NCBI GenBank assembly: GCA_951406725.2
Contig: OX597818.1
Location: forward strand, 116,498,001-116,562,000
Source of the DNA: Octopus vulgaris
Lineage: Eukaryota
Direction of reading: 5' to 3'
Length of the DNA: 64,000 nucleotides
The notes beneath the pieces are model-generated. The model worked only from the letters and a program-made list of their open reading frames with translations. It was not told where the DNA came from and ran no database searches. Positions 43,986-59,169 of the stretch are shown here, in pieces (positions within the stretch are counted from its first letter, which is position 1; each line of letters opens with the position of its first letter). A program made the position numbers and the translations under genes.

Positions 43986-44744
43986 GTATATATATATATA
44001 ATATTATAATAGGCAACGTCATACTCAAAATGATGTATATATTTGTAGCAGCCTAGCCTAAAACACTCAGTCGATGTTTCTCTTATAAACCATTAATGCT
44101 ATAATGAAACTACCATTCATAACAAAAGCTGGACACCTTTACTTGTAAAAGTTGAAACTCCTAAAATGTGGCATTATTTAACAATGCAATCTCTAAAGAC
44201 TTACTCTTAAATACATCTTCAAAGAAATAACAGCTTTTTTTATGATAATTTTTTAATGGCTGTTTGTTTTGTGTCAGCTTTCAAATATCTATTCAAACTT
44301 TGGCGTGGGTGACAACTAAAACGTTGGTTTGTGTTCATGTCCTAAGGATATATGTAAATCTATATGCTTCTCCGTATTGCAGAAAAAAAAAGTTCAAAGA
44401 TATAATATCGAAAATTCCTTATTAAATATTCACAAGATCCCGAGATATCAATTAGGTTTTACATCACAAACAATTCGATGTAGCTGCGAGCGATAAGGTA
44501 ATATATAATACTCGCCATCCACGAAACCAATACAAACCAAAGAATAAAGAATTTCGGTAGATAATTTCCCTTCTTCTCCACCAGTCTCCTTCCAGTCTTA
44601 CAAACATGCAAATAAATCGATTCGTCCCCTGGGACATATAACAGCAACCTCCACGAGTCTCCCGTGGTGTCTAGGCGATATTCTATATTTCTTCTTCGCT
44701 GTGAAGCTTGGCGTTGTGCAACTATATAGAATTTACTATGTGAA

Positions 44745-45297
44745 GATGTGTGGTTTAACTGGTTAGGGCATTCGGTTTACGACCATAAGGTCGTCAGCTC
44801 GATTCCTGACTGTGCGTTTTGTCCTTGAGCAAGACACTTTATTTCACGTATGTCCAGTTCACTCAGCTGGCAAAAATGAGAAGTACCTGTAATTCAACGG
44901 GTCGGCCTTGTTACAATCGATGCGTCATGCTGGATCTCGGTATTTCGTCTGCCGCTACATTCTGAGTTCAAATTCCGCCGAGGTCGACTTTGCCTTTCAT
45001 CGTTTAGGGGTCGATTAAATAAGTACCAGTTACGCACTGGGGTCGATATAATCGACTTAATCTGTTTGTCCCCTCTGTGTTTAGCCCCTTGTGGGTAGTA
45101 AAGAAATAGGTATTTCGTCTGCCGTTACGTTCTGAGTTCAAATTCAGCCGAGGTCGACTATGCTTTTCATCGTTTCGAGGTCAATAAATCAAGAACCAGT
45201 TACGCACTGGGGTCGATATAATCGACTTAATCCGTTTGTCTGTCCTTGTTTGTCCCTTCTACGTTTAGTCCCTTGTGAGCAATAAAGAAATAAGAAA
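44745..45297 (+). mobile_element. Third tRNA-SINE type followed by dimeric family A SINE
   Basis: Head GGTTAGGGCATTCGG..GCTCGATTCC, then TGTCCTTGAGCAAGACACTT; two family A cores at 44940-45297. Confidence 0.8.
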
Positions 45298-46069
45298 TAA
45301 TATTTTCCCTTATGTATGTTAAATAAAACAGCGGGTGTTTTACTCTTTGCGATATTTGGTTGTTGCAGATATCTGAAGCATAATAGGTTTTGGGAATTTG
45401 AAAATGTGTAATTGTAATTTTATACAAACCGAACACTGCTTTATTTTAAATGAAATATTAAGTCAGAGCTCCTTATATTAATCTTGCTCTTCTTAGCTAA
45501 CATAAGTTATTTTCTCAATAAAATCGTGAAATATTTATTTAGTTAAATTAATTTCAAATTACATAATTTGGAAAAATTTAATTATGGAAAACAACCTTCA
45601 GCTTATTCTGACTCTTGGCTAAAAATCACATTGGTTAATTGAGACTATAAATCGATTTTACCATTTTAAGAAAACTACATTTACCGAAGAATTATATAAA
45701 TATAGATAAGAGAAAAGACAACCCATAGAAATGTTTCCTTCTTTACACTCCTTCTTCTCCTCCGCTATTTTCTTCCTTCCTTTTATTTGTTTTCATTTGC
45801 AGCTTACAGCATCAAACTATTTAAAGCTTTTCTCCTCTTCTAAGAATGTATATGACATTTCCCCAACTACTTCCATTGTTGTACCCAACTTTCAGAATAA
45901 TTCGTCTTTTCTAATTAAGTCTACATGCTTTATTCCATTATACATCTGTTTAATTATTTACGTGATTAAAGTTTACCTTATAATTTAGATTAAAGTTTAC
46001 CTATTTATATAGACCCCCGATGGACTGCGTTTAGTTTTAGTACGCGTTAACGTAATTGTGGGCTTGGAT

Positions 46070-46262
46070 AGGGTGGCGAGCTGGCAGAATCGTTAGCACG
46101 CCGGGCGAAATGCTTAGAGGTAGTTCAAATCCCGCCGAGGTCGACTTTACCTTTCATCCTTTCGGGGTAGATTAAATTAAGTACCAGTTACGCACTGGGG
46201 TCGATCTAATCGATTTACCCCTCCCCCAAAATTTCAGGCCTTGTGCCTAGAAGAGAAAAGAA
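46070..46262 (+). mobile_element. SINE family A
   Basis: GGCGAGCTGGCAGAATCGTTAGCACGCCGGGCG head, B-box, core, and CCTTGTGCCTAG tail. Confidence 0.88.
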
Positions 46263-46984
46263 TATTAATCACGAAATACTATTTGAATGACCGTTTGCAC
46301 TTCTGGGTTCATCCACCCTTTGACAAGTTTTGTTTTTCCTCTTGCAAGGTGTGTAGAAGAACGCTTTCCTCATAGAGTTGTCAGTCAAGTCATTGAGGGT
46401 TCGACTCTTGTTGGGGATGTTTACTTGACATCAGCAATTTCACTATTGTGGTTTCTTGCCTTTTTTGATGATGGGGATGGAGGAGAGGCAAACATAACAT
46501 GCTGGAAGCAATGAGGCACAGGCTAAAGAGAGACGAAAGAAAGAGATAAAGAAACAAAGTTATAAGAGAAGAACGAATGTGGCACTACAGAGTTCGATCT
46601 GGGTACGTAATCTGCTATAGCAAAATGGAATAGAGGAGGGATAAGCTGCAAGCGACGGGGAGAAGTCAAGGAAGATATTGTTGTTGGTGTAAGAATATAA
46701 AACATGAGGAAAACAGCAAGATTACAGGATATCCACAGCGACGTCTTTATCATCATGATCATCTTCATAATTAGAAGCGATCAAGGAGATGGAATAACAT
46801 GGCCTCTTTTACGGTCGACAGGAAAAACAGAATAACGTAACCTTTAAACACTGTCGGTTGGTAATGTTGGCGAACCGAAGGTCCATCAGAAAATGTTATT
46901 TCAAGAAATTCTAGAGAACAGATCGATTGTTAAAGATAGCAGACGAGGCGAGGAGAGGAAGTGTATAATTATTATTAAGATGGA

Positions 46985-47312
46985 AGTTGGCGAGCTGGCG
47001 GAATTGTTAACATACCGGGAAAATTGCTGAGCGGTATTTCGTCTGCCGTTACGTTCTGAGTTCAAATTCCGCCGAGGTCGACTTTGCCTTTCATCCTTTC
47101 GGAGTCGATTAACTAAGTACCAGTTACGCACTGGGATCGATATAATCGACTTAATCCGTTTGTCTGCCCTTGTTTGCCCTCTATGTGTTTAGCCCCTTAT
47201 GGGTTGTAAAGAAATAGGTATTTCCTCCTATACGTTCTGAGTTCAAATTCCACCGAGGTCGACTTTGCCTTTCATCCTTTCGGGGTCGATAAATCAAATA
47301 CCAGTTGAACAC
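46985..47312 (+). mobile_element. SINE family A, 1.5-mer
   Basis: Head plus core, then a second B-box and core. Confidence 0.88.
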
Positions 47313-48103
47313 TGATAATATATTTCTCTATTTCTTTTATAAAATAAATATATCTATACTGTTGGCGTGATACGAACTCAGAAACTTCGAGAGAACGTGA
47401 AATGACTCCCTGTTTGTATGATGGGTCTCGAAGCAGACGACATACGCATACAGACAACGTTCGATTTTTTCAGGCCAAATGGTTCTTTAAACCCAATACA
47501 TACCAGCTTTTGTTTATGGATTGGGTGGTAGAGAGCTACCGTTTCAAGAGGAAAATAAACGTGCACAAACGAGTCACCAAAATAAAACACCATGAGAGAA
47601 ATAGTAAACGAAGTTAGGAAACAATAAATTTTTAATCTACAGGGAAGTCACGTGGTTTGTGTTTGATGTTGGAGTCTCGCTCAGTGAATTTGCAGGATTA
47701 TTAACTAATATATGTAACCCCAGCCAATACCATACACACGCTCACACATTCATATAAATTCATCGAAATAATACTTAGGGGATTTTCGCTATGAAAATCA
47801 AACTCATACTCACACACGAAAGCTCGCAGGTGGAAACATTCTTCCTTCGCCATATTTATCTTCATTATACAGTTCTTTCATTGTTATCTTATTGTTCTAC
47901 GTATCTTTAATCACACGATTTTACCTGTCTGAATCAAACTATAAATTGTTTATTTGTCTCTTCCTTTCTTCATAAACTTACTCATCTTCAGTGTTTAATT
48001 TATGTATATTTATATGCAATACACCACGCAAACAAATTGCTGCTATTTACGGATTAACCATATGAGCTATACGCACCTCTCTCATATCCTCTGACTCTCT
48101 CTC

Positions 48104-48192
<89 letters not shown>

Positions 48193-48225
48193 TGTATATA
48201 TAAGAATATATTTATATGTTTATGC

Positions 48226-48262
<37 letters not shown>

Positions 48263-48409
48263 CACCGCACTCACATATGTATGTATGTACGTATGTATGG
48301 GTGGAATCATCGATAAATGTATGTGTGAGTGTATATATATATATACACACATAAATGTATCCATGAATCCATCCATACATACATATGTGAGTGCATGATT
48401 GTATATATG

Positions 48410-48480
<71 letters not shown>

Positions 48481-49082
48481 AAGTAGGACGATTTATTGCG
48501 GAAACCTTTTACCGACTTGATTGGTTAAAATATCTTTTTCGGAAACCGATATAAAAATTACGATAATGAAAACGACAGAAATGGGAATATAGAATTAAAA
48601 GAATAAAGCTACATAATAAAGCCTAAATCTACATTAGATCTTGCAATATAACAGCAAAAGACAAACATATTTGTCAATAAATTATATTAATGTAGAAACA
48701 CTTTTTTTCTTAAATTCTGCAAATTTCAGGTTTGTTGACAATCGAGTCAGCTGTCACTAAAATGCATAAATATAAGAGATTTCAACGAATAATATAATTT
48801 AACAGTTAGCCATCTGAATATTTGTGCGTGCGTGTAGGATATGACGGCAAAAATTAGAAAAGGTCGATATTTTCGCTAAATAGGTGTTAGATGATCGATG
48901 ACAATAAACATGCTTGTTGATGAGATGAGACTGAAAAAAAAACAAACACATATATGCCAAAACACAGAAAATGCCTTTGATGGTAGTAGAACCATTTAAT
49001 ATAATGTTCGGACATGATTCGGAACTCTCTTTCTCTCTCTCTCCCCTGTCTCTCTCTCTCTCTCTATATATATATACATATA

Positions 49083-49426
49083 CTAGCAGTATCGCCCGGC
49101 GTTGCTCAGGTTTGTAAGGGAAATAACTATAAAGCATTTTTAGAGAGTTATAGCCAAAAAATAGCCAAAAAATGGAAAAAAAATGATGGTAAATTTTTTT
49201 GAGAGTTAAAAAAGGTGGAGTTGCGTCCCCTAGACAGTTTGTGGTTTGTGTTTCTGATTCTCGACCCCATGTCGAATTTATCGATTTTTTTCAGAACTGG
49301 GGGAACTTTTCAAAATTTTCGCTGCGTTAGTTTTGAATCGGTTCAAAGCCGTGGTCAGGGTGAGGGTACAAGCAAACAGACACACAGAAACACACAGAGA
49401 CAAACTACCGTTTATATAGAGAGAGA
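49083..49426 (-). mobile_element. Non-autonomous Helitron
   Basis: 3' end (hairpin plus CTAG|T) nearly identical to 11811-11935; 5' end A|TCTCTCTCTATAT. Confidence 0.78.
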
Positions 49427-49431
49427 TACGT

Positions 49432-49484
<53 letters not shown>

Positions 49485-49723
49485 ATTTTATGTATATATA
49501 TGTATATATGTATATATATATCTGTATGTATGTACGTATATATATATATGTACCTATATATACATGTATATTTGTATATATATATACATATATATATATA
49601 TCAACAATCAAGGAACGGCCATAATAGGCCATTCACCCACTAGAAATAACAGCCAAAGCTTCAACCGCAAATAAAAATTAATTCCGTAAACCAGGAGAAA
49701 ATTTAAAAAACATTTACCCTGTA

Positions 49724-49830
49724 ATTTCTTATACGATATACCGTTTCATCTGCTGATTAATGGTAAACTAACCTGATTAAATTAAATCAAGCCAATCTTC
49801 CAAAGGCCCTCAGATTCTTCAGTAAGAAAT
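49724..49830 (-). ncRNA. Type I hammerhead ribozyme (left array, copy 1)
   Basis: Reverse complement of the 50973-51079 motif. Confidence 0.9.
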
Positions 49831-50215
49831 AGCCCAAGTCGGAACAGATATTTTCACGAGGCATTTCCGACCTTGCCAAGTTTATATCTGACCTAAAATT
49901 TTCAAATCGTCGCACTCGCGCCAAATTTATCGGCAGCAAATAAATATAAGCCGTCGATTCCATTACGGAATTAACCAGAAAATTCATAATTAATCAATAT
50001 AGGGTGGCAAAAAAAATTTTGTAGAATTCTTTTGCCACCAGCGGCCTAGTGGGAAAAAATTAAATAGTCATAGACCATTTTTAAGTTCAACATCAACAAT
50101 CAAGGAACGGCCATAATAGGCCATTCACCCACTAGAAATAACAGCCAAAGCTTCAACCGCAAATAAAAATTAATTCCGTAAACCAGGAGAAAATTTAAAA
50201 AACATTTACCCTGTA

Positions 50216-50322
50216 ATTTCTTATACGATATACCGTTTCATCTGCTGATTAATGGTAAACTAACCTGATTAAATTAAATCAAGCCAATCTTCCAAAAGCC
50301 CTCAGATTCTTCAGTAAGAAAG
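50216..50322 (-). ncRNA. Type I hammerhead ribozyme (left array, copy 2)
   Basis: Reverse-complement copy with one substitution at the distal end of stem I (50322) and one in the stem II insert. Confidence 0.88.
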
Positions 50323-50972
50323 AGCCCAAGTCGGAACAGATATTTTCACGAGGCATTTCCGACCTTGCCAAGTTCATATCTGACCTAAAATTTTCAAATC
50401 GTCGCACTCGCGCCAAATTTATCGGCAGCAAATAAATATAAGCCGTCGATTCCATTACGGAATTAACCAGAAAATTCATAATTAATCAATATAGGGTGGC
50501 AAAAAAAATTTTGTAGAATTCTTTTGCCACCAGCGGCCTAGTGGGAAAAAATTAAATAGTCATAGACCATTTTTAAGTTCAACATCAACAATCAAGGAAC
50601 GGCCATAATAGGCCATTCACCCACTAGAAATAACAGCCAAAGCTTCAACCGCAAATAAAAATTATTTCTAGTGGGTGAATGGCCTATTATGACCGTTCCT
50701 TGATTGTTGATGTTGAACTTAAAAATGGTCTATGACTATTTAATTTTTTCCCACTAGGCCGCTGGTGGCAAAAGAATTCTACAAAATTTTTTTTGCCACC
50801 CTATATTGATTAATTATGAATTTTCTGGTTAATTCCGTAATGGAATCGACGGCTTATATTTATTTGCTGCCGATAAATTTGGCGCGAGTGCGACGATTTG
50901 AAAATTTTAGGTCAGATATAAACTTGGCAAGGTCGGAAATGCCTCGTGAAAATATCTGTTCCGACTTGGGCT

Positions 50973-51079
50973 ATTTCTTACTGAAGAATCTGAGGGCCTT
51001 TGGAAGATTGGCTTGATTTAATTTAATCAGGTTAGTTTACCATTAATCAGCAGATGAAACGGTATATCGTATAAGAAAT
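50973..51079 (+). ncRNA. Type I hammerhead ribozyme, intact core
   Basis: Stem I ATTTCTTA(50973-80)/TAAGAAAT(51072-79); core CTGAAGA 50981-87; stem II ATCTG..CAGAT with long insert; GAAA 51056-59; stem III CGGT-AT-ATCG; GUA cleavage after 51071. Confidence 0.9.
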
Positions 51080-51464
51080 TACAGGGTAAATGTTTTTAAA
51101 TTTTCTCCTGGTTTACGGAATTAATTTTTATTTGCGGTTGAAGCTTTGGCTGTTATTTCTAGTGGGTGAATGGCCTATTATGGCCGTTCCTTGATTGTTG
51201 ATGTTGAACTTAAAAATGGTCTATGACTATTTAATTTTTTCCCACTAGGCCGCTGGTGGCAAAAGAATTCTACAAAATTTTTTTTTGCCACCCTATATTG
51301 ATTAATTATGAATTTTCTGGTTAATTCCGTAATGGAATCGACGGCTTATATTTATTTGCTGCCGATAAATTTGGCGCGAGTGCGACGATTTGAAAATTTT
51401 AGGTCAGATATAAACTTGGCAAGGTCGGAAATGCCTCGTGAAAATATCTGTTCCGACTTGGGCT

Positions 51465-51571
51465 ATTTCTTACTGAAGAATCTGAGGGCCTTTGGAAGAT
51501 TGGCTTGATTTAATTTAATCAGGTTAGTTTACCATTAATCAGCAGATGAAACGGTATATCGTATAAGAAAT
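51465..51571 (+). ncRNA. Type I hammerhead ribozyme (next tandem copy)
   Basis: Same motif 492 bp downstream; predicted cleavage after 51563. Confidence 0.9.
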
Positions 51572-51795
51572 TACAGGGTAAATGTTTTTTAAATTTTCTC
51601 CTGGTTTACGGAATTAATTTTTATTTGCGGTTGAAGCTTTGGCTGTTATTTCTAGTGGGTGAATGGCCTATTATGGCCGTTCCTTGATTGTTGATGTTGA
51701 ACTTAAAAATGGTCTATGACTATTTAATTTTTTCCCACTAGGCCGCTGGTGGCAAAAGAATTCTACAAAATTTTTTTTGCCACCCTATATTGATT

Positions 51796-51869
<74 letters not shown>

Positions 51870-51909
51870 TGTTTATATATAAATATGTTTATATATATAT
51901 GTGTGTATA

Positions 51910-51952
<43 letters not shown>

Positions 51953-52081
51953 TGGAAGTCACTTGACCCTGTTATCTCCCTACTGTCCCTCTCGCATCTG
52001 ACCAGTGTCGGAAGTCAGTACGCCATGATATATCGTTAGCTCCTACACGCTTTTTTTTCTCTCCTTGTTTTTTTCTGAGTA

Positions 52082-52119
52082 TCTTTCTGTCGAAGAGCGT
52101 AAGCTCGAAACCTAAACGA
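52082..52119 (+). ncRNA. Variant hammerhead (CUGUNGA family)
   Basis: TCTTT CTGTCGA A GAGC-GTAA-GCTC GAAA CC TA AACGA. Confidence 0.5.
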
Positions 52120-52235
52120 CATTTTCTATGTCTGTTCCTGAGCGCTATATTAATACATTTGTTTGTTTGTACTCCACATGCCTTTGTCTTTTGTTTATTT
52201 TCGTAAACTTTGCCGTTATATATATATATATATAT

Positions 52236-52522
52236 ACCAATTAAGGACGGAACACGAAAAGTGGACAGTCAACATGCTAGATATAGACGTCAAATCGCCA
52301 TTCTCCACAAAAGATTATGTTCTCAGATCAAACTCAACACAAAACCATAGCAATAAATTTAGTACATGGGTAAATATTTATTTCGTATATTTTCACTTGT
52401 TTATTGCTTTTTGTTTTGTGTTGAGTTTGATCTGGGAACATAATCTTTTGTGGAGAATGGCGATTTGACGTCTATATCTAGCATGTTGACTGTCCACTTT
52501 TCGTGTTCAGTCCTTAATTGGT
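52236..52522. repeat. ~120-bp inverted repeat (fold-back) next to (TA)n
   Basis: 52236-52357 versus 52400-52522. Confidence 0.92.
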
Positions 52523-52609
52523 ATATATAAATATTTTAATCTTCGGATTCTTTTTTAATATGCTAGACCACTGGTTCTAATTGATAAATATCAATTTCTA
52601 CCCTAAATC

Positions 52610-52677
<68 letters not shown>

Positions 52678-52734
52678 TTATAGCTATATGTATTTATAGC
52701 TATATGTATGTATATACTAAATGAAAGACGGAAG

Positions 52735-53695
52735 ATGAAATATACGAGAGTTTATTATTAATCACGACAATTGTTTCCACACACCTATCATCGACCCCTC
52801 ACGCTTGGGACCCTCTATAATTCGTTCAGGAGCATGCGCCGGTGCAGATGTATCTCATTGCATGATAGACACGACTCGTAAAAATATATATGTAATTTCG
52901 CACAATGCAGCGGGAACGAATTTACTTTAAGGTATGGATGTCTTAAGTTTACTATTAAATCTCCCCGTTCTTAGAAACACCAAGTAGATAGTTAACTCGC
53001 ATTGTAATCTTGAGTGGAGCAAACCTCACGTGTGCGTATGCTCACATTATCGTGGATGCTTGTATCAGCAACTACACTCGCGCCGTGCGGCTTGCTCGAA
53101 GGCGTTTATACATCCATATTTGTTAACAGCTATTTTAACTAATTTTCTCGCTGGATTGCGTGCTCGTTTCTCTTTTCTCTATCTGTGATTTCAATTTTGA
53201 TCTTCTATACAAATGATATTTCCTCTGTCTGACTGCATTTATTTCGATCCAAACTAGAAATTATATTGCGGAACTGTTATTTTAACGAGTGGTATTTATT
53301 TATAAAGGCGGCGAGCTGGCAGAAATGTTAGCACGCGGGGCGAAATGCTTAGCGGTATTTCCGCTGCCGCTACGTTCTCAGTTCAAATTCCGTCGAGGTC
53401 GACTTTACCTTTCATCCTTTCAGGGTCGATTAAATAAGTACCAGTTACGCACTAGGGTCGATATAATCGACATAATCCGTTTGTCTGTCCTTGTTTGTCC
53501 TCTCTGTGTTTAGCCACTTGTGGGTAGTAAAGAAATAGGTATTTATTTATCACTCGACAAGATACATCCGCATCGCCGGATGCTTCTGAACCAGTTTTTG
53601 AGTGTCCCACCAGTGAGAGATCGATGGTAGATGTGTCGCAATAATTGTCGTGATTAAGAATAAATACCCGTATATACTATCTTATGTTTTTCATT
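52735..53695. mobile_element. Old inverted pair of long-stem-II hammerhead repeats with a SINE A (53305-53540) between them
   Basis: 52761-52866(-) and 53549-53654(+) give consensus ATCAC YYGAYGA GATACATC..GATGTGTC GAAA CAATTG TC GTGAT. Partial third copy near 61420-61490(-). Confidence 0.6.
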
Positions 53696-54033
53696 TGCCA
53701 TATACATAAAGATCCATGTGAAAGTGACCGTGCTTTACCAGTAAGCTACCAGACGTAAACCATTCGTTTTATTATCCAATATAAATATATATATATAATA
53801 TCAAATATATACGTTTTATTTAATATTTTGCAATTTACTTAATCATCGATATATTATTGTTATTTTATATTTAATATTTCTATTATATGTAACTTTGCTA
53901 GAGGGTGTAATTTAATTGGTCATTTTGAATTAATAAAAGGTGTTTTTTCTCTAATTATATATATATAATATTTTGTGAAATTTGAATTTTTCCCTGTAAG
54001 TTAGGAATAAATTTTCCTCAAATTATTATCATT

Positions 54034-54065
<32 letters not shown>

Positions 54066-54533
54066 TATATAGATAGATAGACAGATAGATAGATAAATAC
54101 GTATGTGTATGTGTATGTGAGTGTGCTTGTATGCGTATGTATTCTAGTGAAGAGCCAATAGTGTGCGAAGAGTTATCTTATAAGAGAGCTGGCTGGTTGC
54201 CCATTATAATGCATTGTATTCAATAATGCAATCGTGGCTAAAATAAACATAGAAAGACTTAAATCTGAATGAAACGTAATATCACTCACTTTATGAAACT
54301 GACTATGAAAATAGTAAATGAAGACAAGTGATATATCTGACCACTTAAGTATGATAATTTGTTAACATTTAAAATGAAATGTGTCAGTAGGTCAGTTAGA
54401 AGATGAACTGATATCAGTTTACAAATTAATAAGTCAAAGTCGATATGATTTATACGAGTAAAATAATATAACAGTTATCATTTTCTGAAACTTTACCTAC
54501 ATACACGCTAGCATACGTACATAATACATACAT

Positions 54534-54631
<98 letters not shown>

Positions 54632-54879
54632 GGAAGGACCGCCTTCGATCATGAATGACCATGGGATTGCACCGAGAGAGTTTTCCTCCGAAGAGCAAAT
54701 CCGGGCAAGGTTGTTTATGGAAGACCAGCAGTCACCCTTGCACGTCAGCCTCTCCATCTCCACGATGGAAATGTCAAGTAGTGGAGTCGAATATCCTCCT
54801 CTCCACAAATTCCAGGCCTTGTGCCGATAACAGAGAGGATAATAAAAGAATTCTTCTTTTTCTTCTTCTTCTTCTTCTT

Positions 54880-54944
<65 letters not shown>

Positions 54945-54945
<1 letters not shown>

Positions 54946-55545
54946 TTATTTTTGACTTTTACTTTCATACAAGTTGGCTTCAAGTCTCACCCAGAGACCT
55001 CAAGAGACAACAAGTTAGAAGTTCATGTTGGTGTTATGCTTAGGGTGTGAAATATTTGGTTTTGTACAAAGTATTTTTCTAGAGAATGTTTAAGAAATCA
55101 TAAGAAAATAATGAGATTGTTTTAAAATTTGAGATTACATAGTCAGTATTTTACGTAGGATATACCCATGTGCACTATCTTCTGAATTTCTGTCATTTTG
55201 GGGTTTCCTGGTATCTGAGCTAGGTAGCAATCAGCCCCTTTTGCTACCATTCCTCAGGGCACCTATGATAACAGGTATTGTTTTAGTCTTCAGGTTCCAC
55301 ATTTTTCCAATTTCTATTTCAAGATTTTTATATTTGCTCAGTTTTTGGTAGCTCTTGACAGATGCGTTTATATCGATTGGGACAGTCATATCAATGAGGA
55401 GGCATGATTTTTCTCTGAAGTCTTTCAATATGATGTCTTGCCTATTCGCATCTATCATTCTGTCAGTTTGAATGGTGAAGCTCCAGAGGAGTGAGATGTG
55501 ATCAATTTTAAGCACTGGAGGTGGTTTGTGTTCCCATACCATTGG
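54945..55545 (-). mobile_element. R4/Dong-like LINE 3' fragment
   Basis: WEHKPPPVL..LLWSFTIQTDRMIDANRQDII..CLLIDMTVP..KLSKYKNLEIEI..PVIIGAL, then a UTR and (AAT)n tail. Confidence 0.85.
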
Positions 55546-55609
55546 GCAGGTCCACGTTTTTGCAAATTAACCCTTATTAACATTATCATAATTATTATCA
55601 TCATTATTG

Positions 55610-55680
<71 letters not shown>

Positions 55681-55682
<2 letters not shown>

Positions 55683-55895
55683 GGTGGATGAATTAGCAGA
55701 ATCGTTAGCACGCTGGGAGGAATTCGCATTGGTATTTCGCCCATCGCTACGTTCTGAGTTCAAATTCCACCGAGGTCGACTTTACCTTTCATCCTTTTGA
55801 CGTCGATAAAATAAGTACCAGTAATTCACTGGGGTCGATGTAATCGATTTACCCTTTCCTCGAAATTGCTTGCTTTTCGCCAAAAGTTGAAATCC
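55681..55895 (+). mobile_element. SINE family A
   Basis: Head, B-box GAGTTCAAATTCC, core, and ATT tail. Confidence 0.85.
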
Positions 55896-56181
55896 TTATT
55901 ATTATTATGTTTAATGTTGTTTTTGTTGTTTTTCTTTTTTCGTTATATCACATATAATTAAGATTTTTGCTCTTTCCCGAAAATTCTTACGGAAAGTAAC
56001 AGCATCGAAGAATTTTAGTTATTGCAGTTGTCTTTTTAGAATTGGAATTCACTGTTTGTTGGAGGAATTGTCTAAAACTCACATCTAAAACTCAAACACA
56101 CATCGCACATACACATATACATACATCACACATACATATACATATACATCACACAAACGCACAAGCACACATTTGTATGTA

Positions 56182-56224
<43 letters not shown>

Positions 56225-56621
56225 GTGTGTGTGTGTGTATGTGTGTGTGAGCGACACAAAGAAATCTCACATATATAAAGAGACAAATACTACTTTGGTG
56301 CTTCGAGGGAAAAACACAAGAAGATAGCAGAGAAAAATCAAGAAGAACATTTCAAAAGAAAACTTAAAATGTGGAAACGCAAACATATCTCTTTTCTTTG
56401 TATAGACAGCCATAACACAGAAGCTTGCGAAATGACAGAATCTTATATTCGCCATTAGATTTCCATGTCTGCATTTAAAAAGGCATCTTATGACGGAGGT
56501 TGTAAAACGCTTCTAAACACAGCACTAATAATATTGGAGTACTGCCTTTTTTTTTGTCTTTTTAGTAGATAAGAGTATAACATTTCAAGACAAGCTACTG
56601 CTGCTGCTGCTGCTGCTGGTG

Positions 56622-56685
<64 letters not shown>

Positions 56686-56829
56686 CACTACTATTAATAA
56701 TAATAATAATAACAATAATGATGATGATGATGATGATGATAACAACTGCAGCAACAACAACAACAACAAGCACAACAACAAAAAAAAAACAAAAACAACA
56801 GCAACAACAACAACAATAATAATAATAAT

Positions 56830-58882
<2,053 letters not shown>

Positions 58883-58887
58883 AAATA

Positions 58888-59088
58888 TAATCCTTTCTAC
58901 TATAGGCATAAGGCCTGAAATTTTGGGGAAGGGGCTATTCGATTAGATCGACTTCAAACCGGTACTTAATTTATCGATCCCGAAAGGATGAAAGGCAAAT
59001 CGACCTCGGCGGAATTTGGACTGAGGATGAAAAGACAGACGAAATGCCGCTAAGCATTTCACCCGGCGTACTAACGTGTCTCCCAGCC
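58888..59088 (-). mobile_element. SINE family A
   Basis: Reverse-complement core and head. Confidence 0.85.
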
Positions 59089-59169
59089 GTATTTTCGTCG
59101 ATTCGTCGTTTTGCTTGCATCCCAGGGAATGGCGGCTGATAGCATTACAATGAACCTCGTAAAGTACTA

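Larger units (their letters stand above)
49600..51797. repeat. 492-bp tandem repeat (retrozyme-like) in two inverted arrays (fold-back), flanked by (TA)n
   Basis: Unit start TCAACAATCAAGG recurs at 49601, 50093 and 50585 (period 492). Orientation flips at about 50662-50664 and the reverse-complement array runs to 51797. Copies are near-identical. Confidence 0.97.

Noticed and set aside
50816-51016. 66-aa ORF present four times in the 492-bp repeat
   Set aside because: Recurrence is explained by repeat identity; no recognisable domain, and the copy differences seen change amino acids.
49600-51797. CRISPR array or ordinary satellite
   Set aside because: No repeat-spacer structure; only ~4.5 units, inverted, each containing an HHR.
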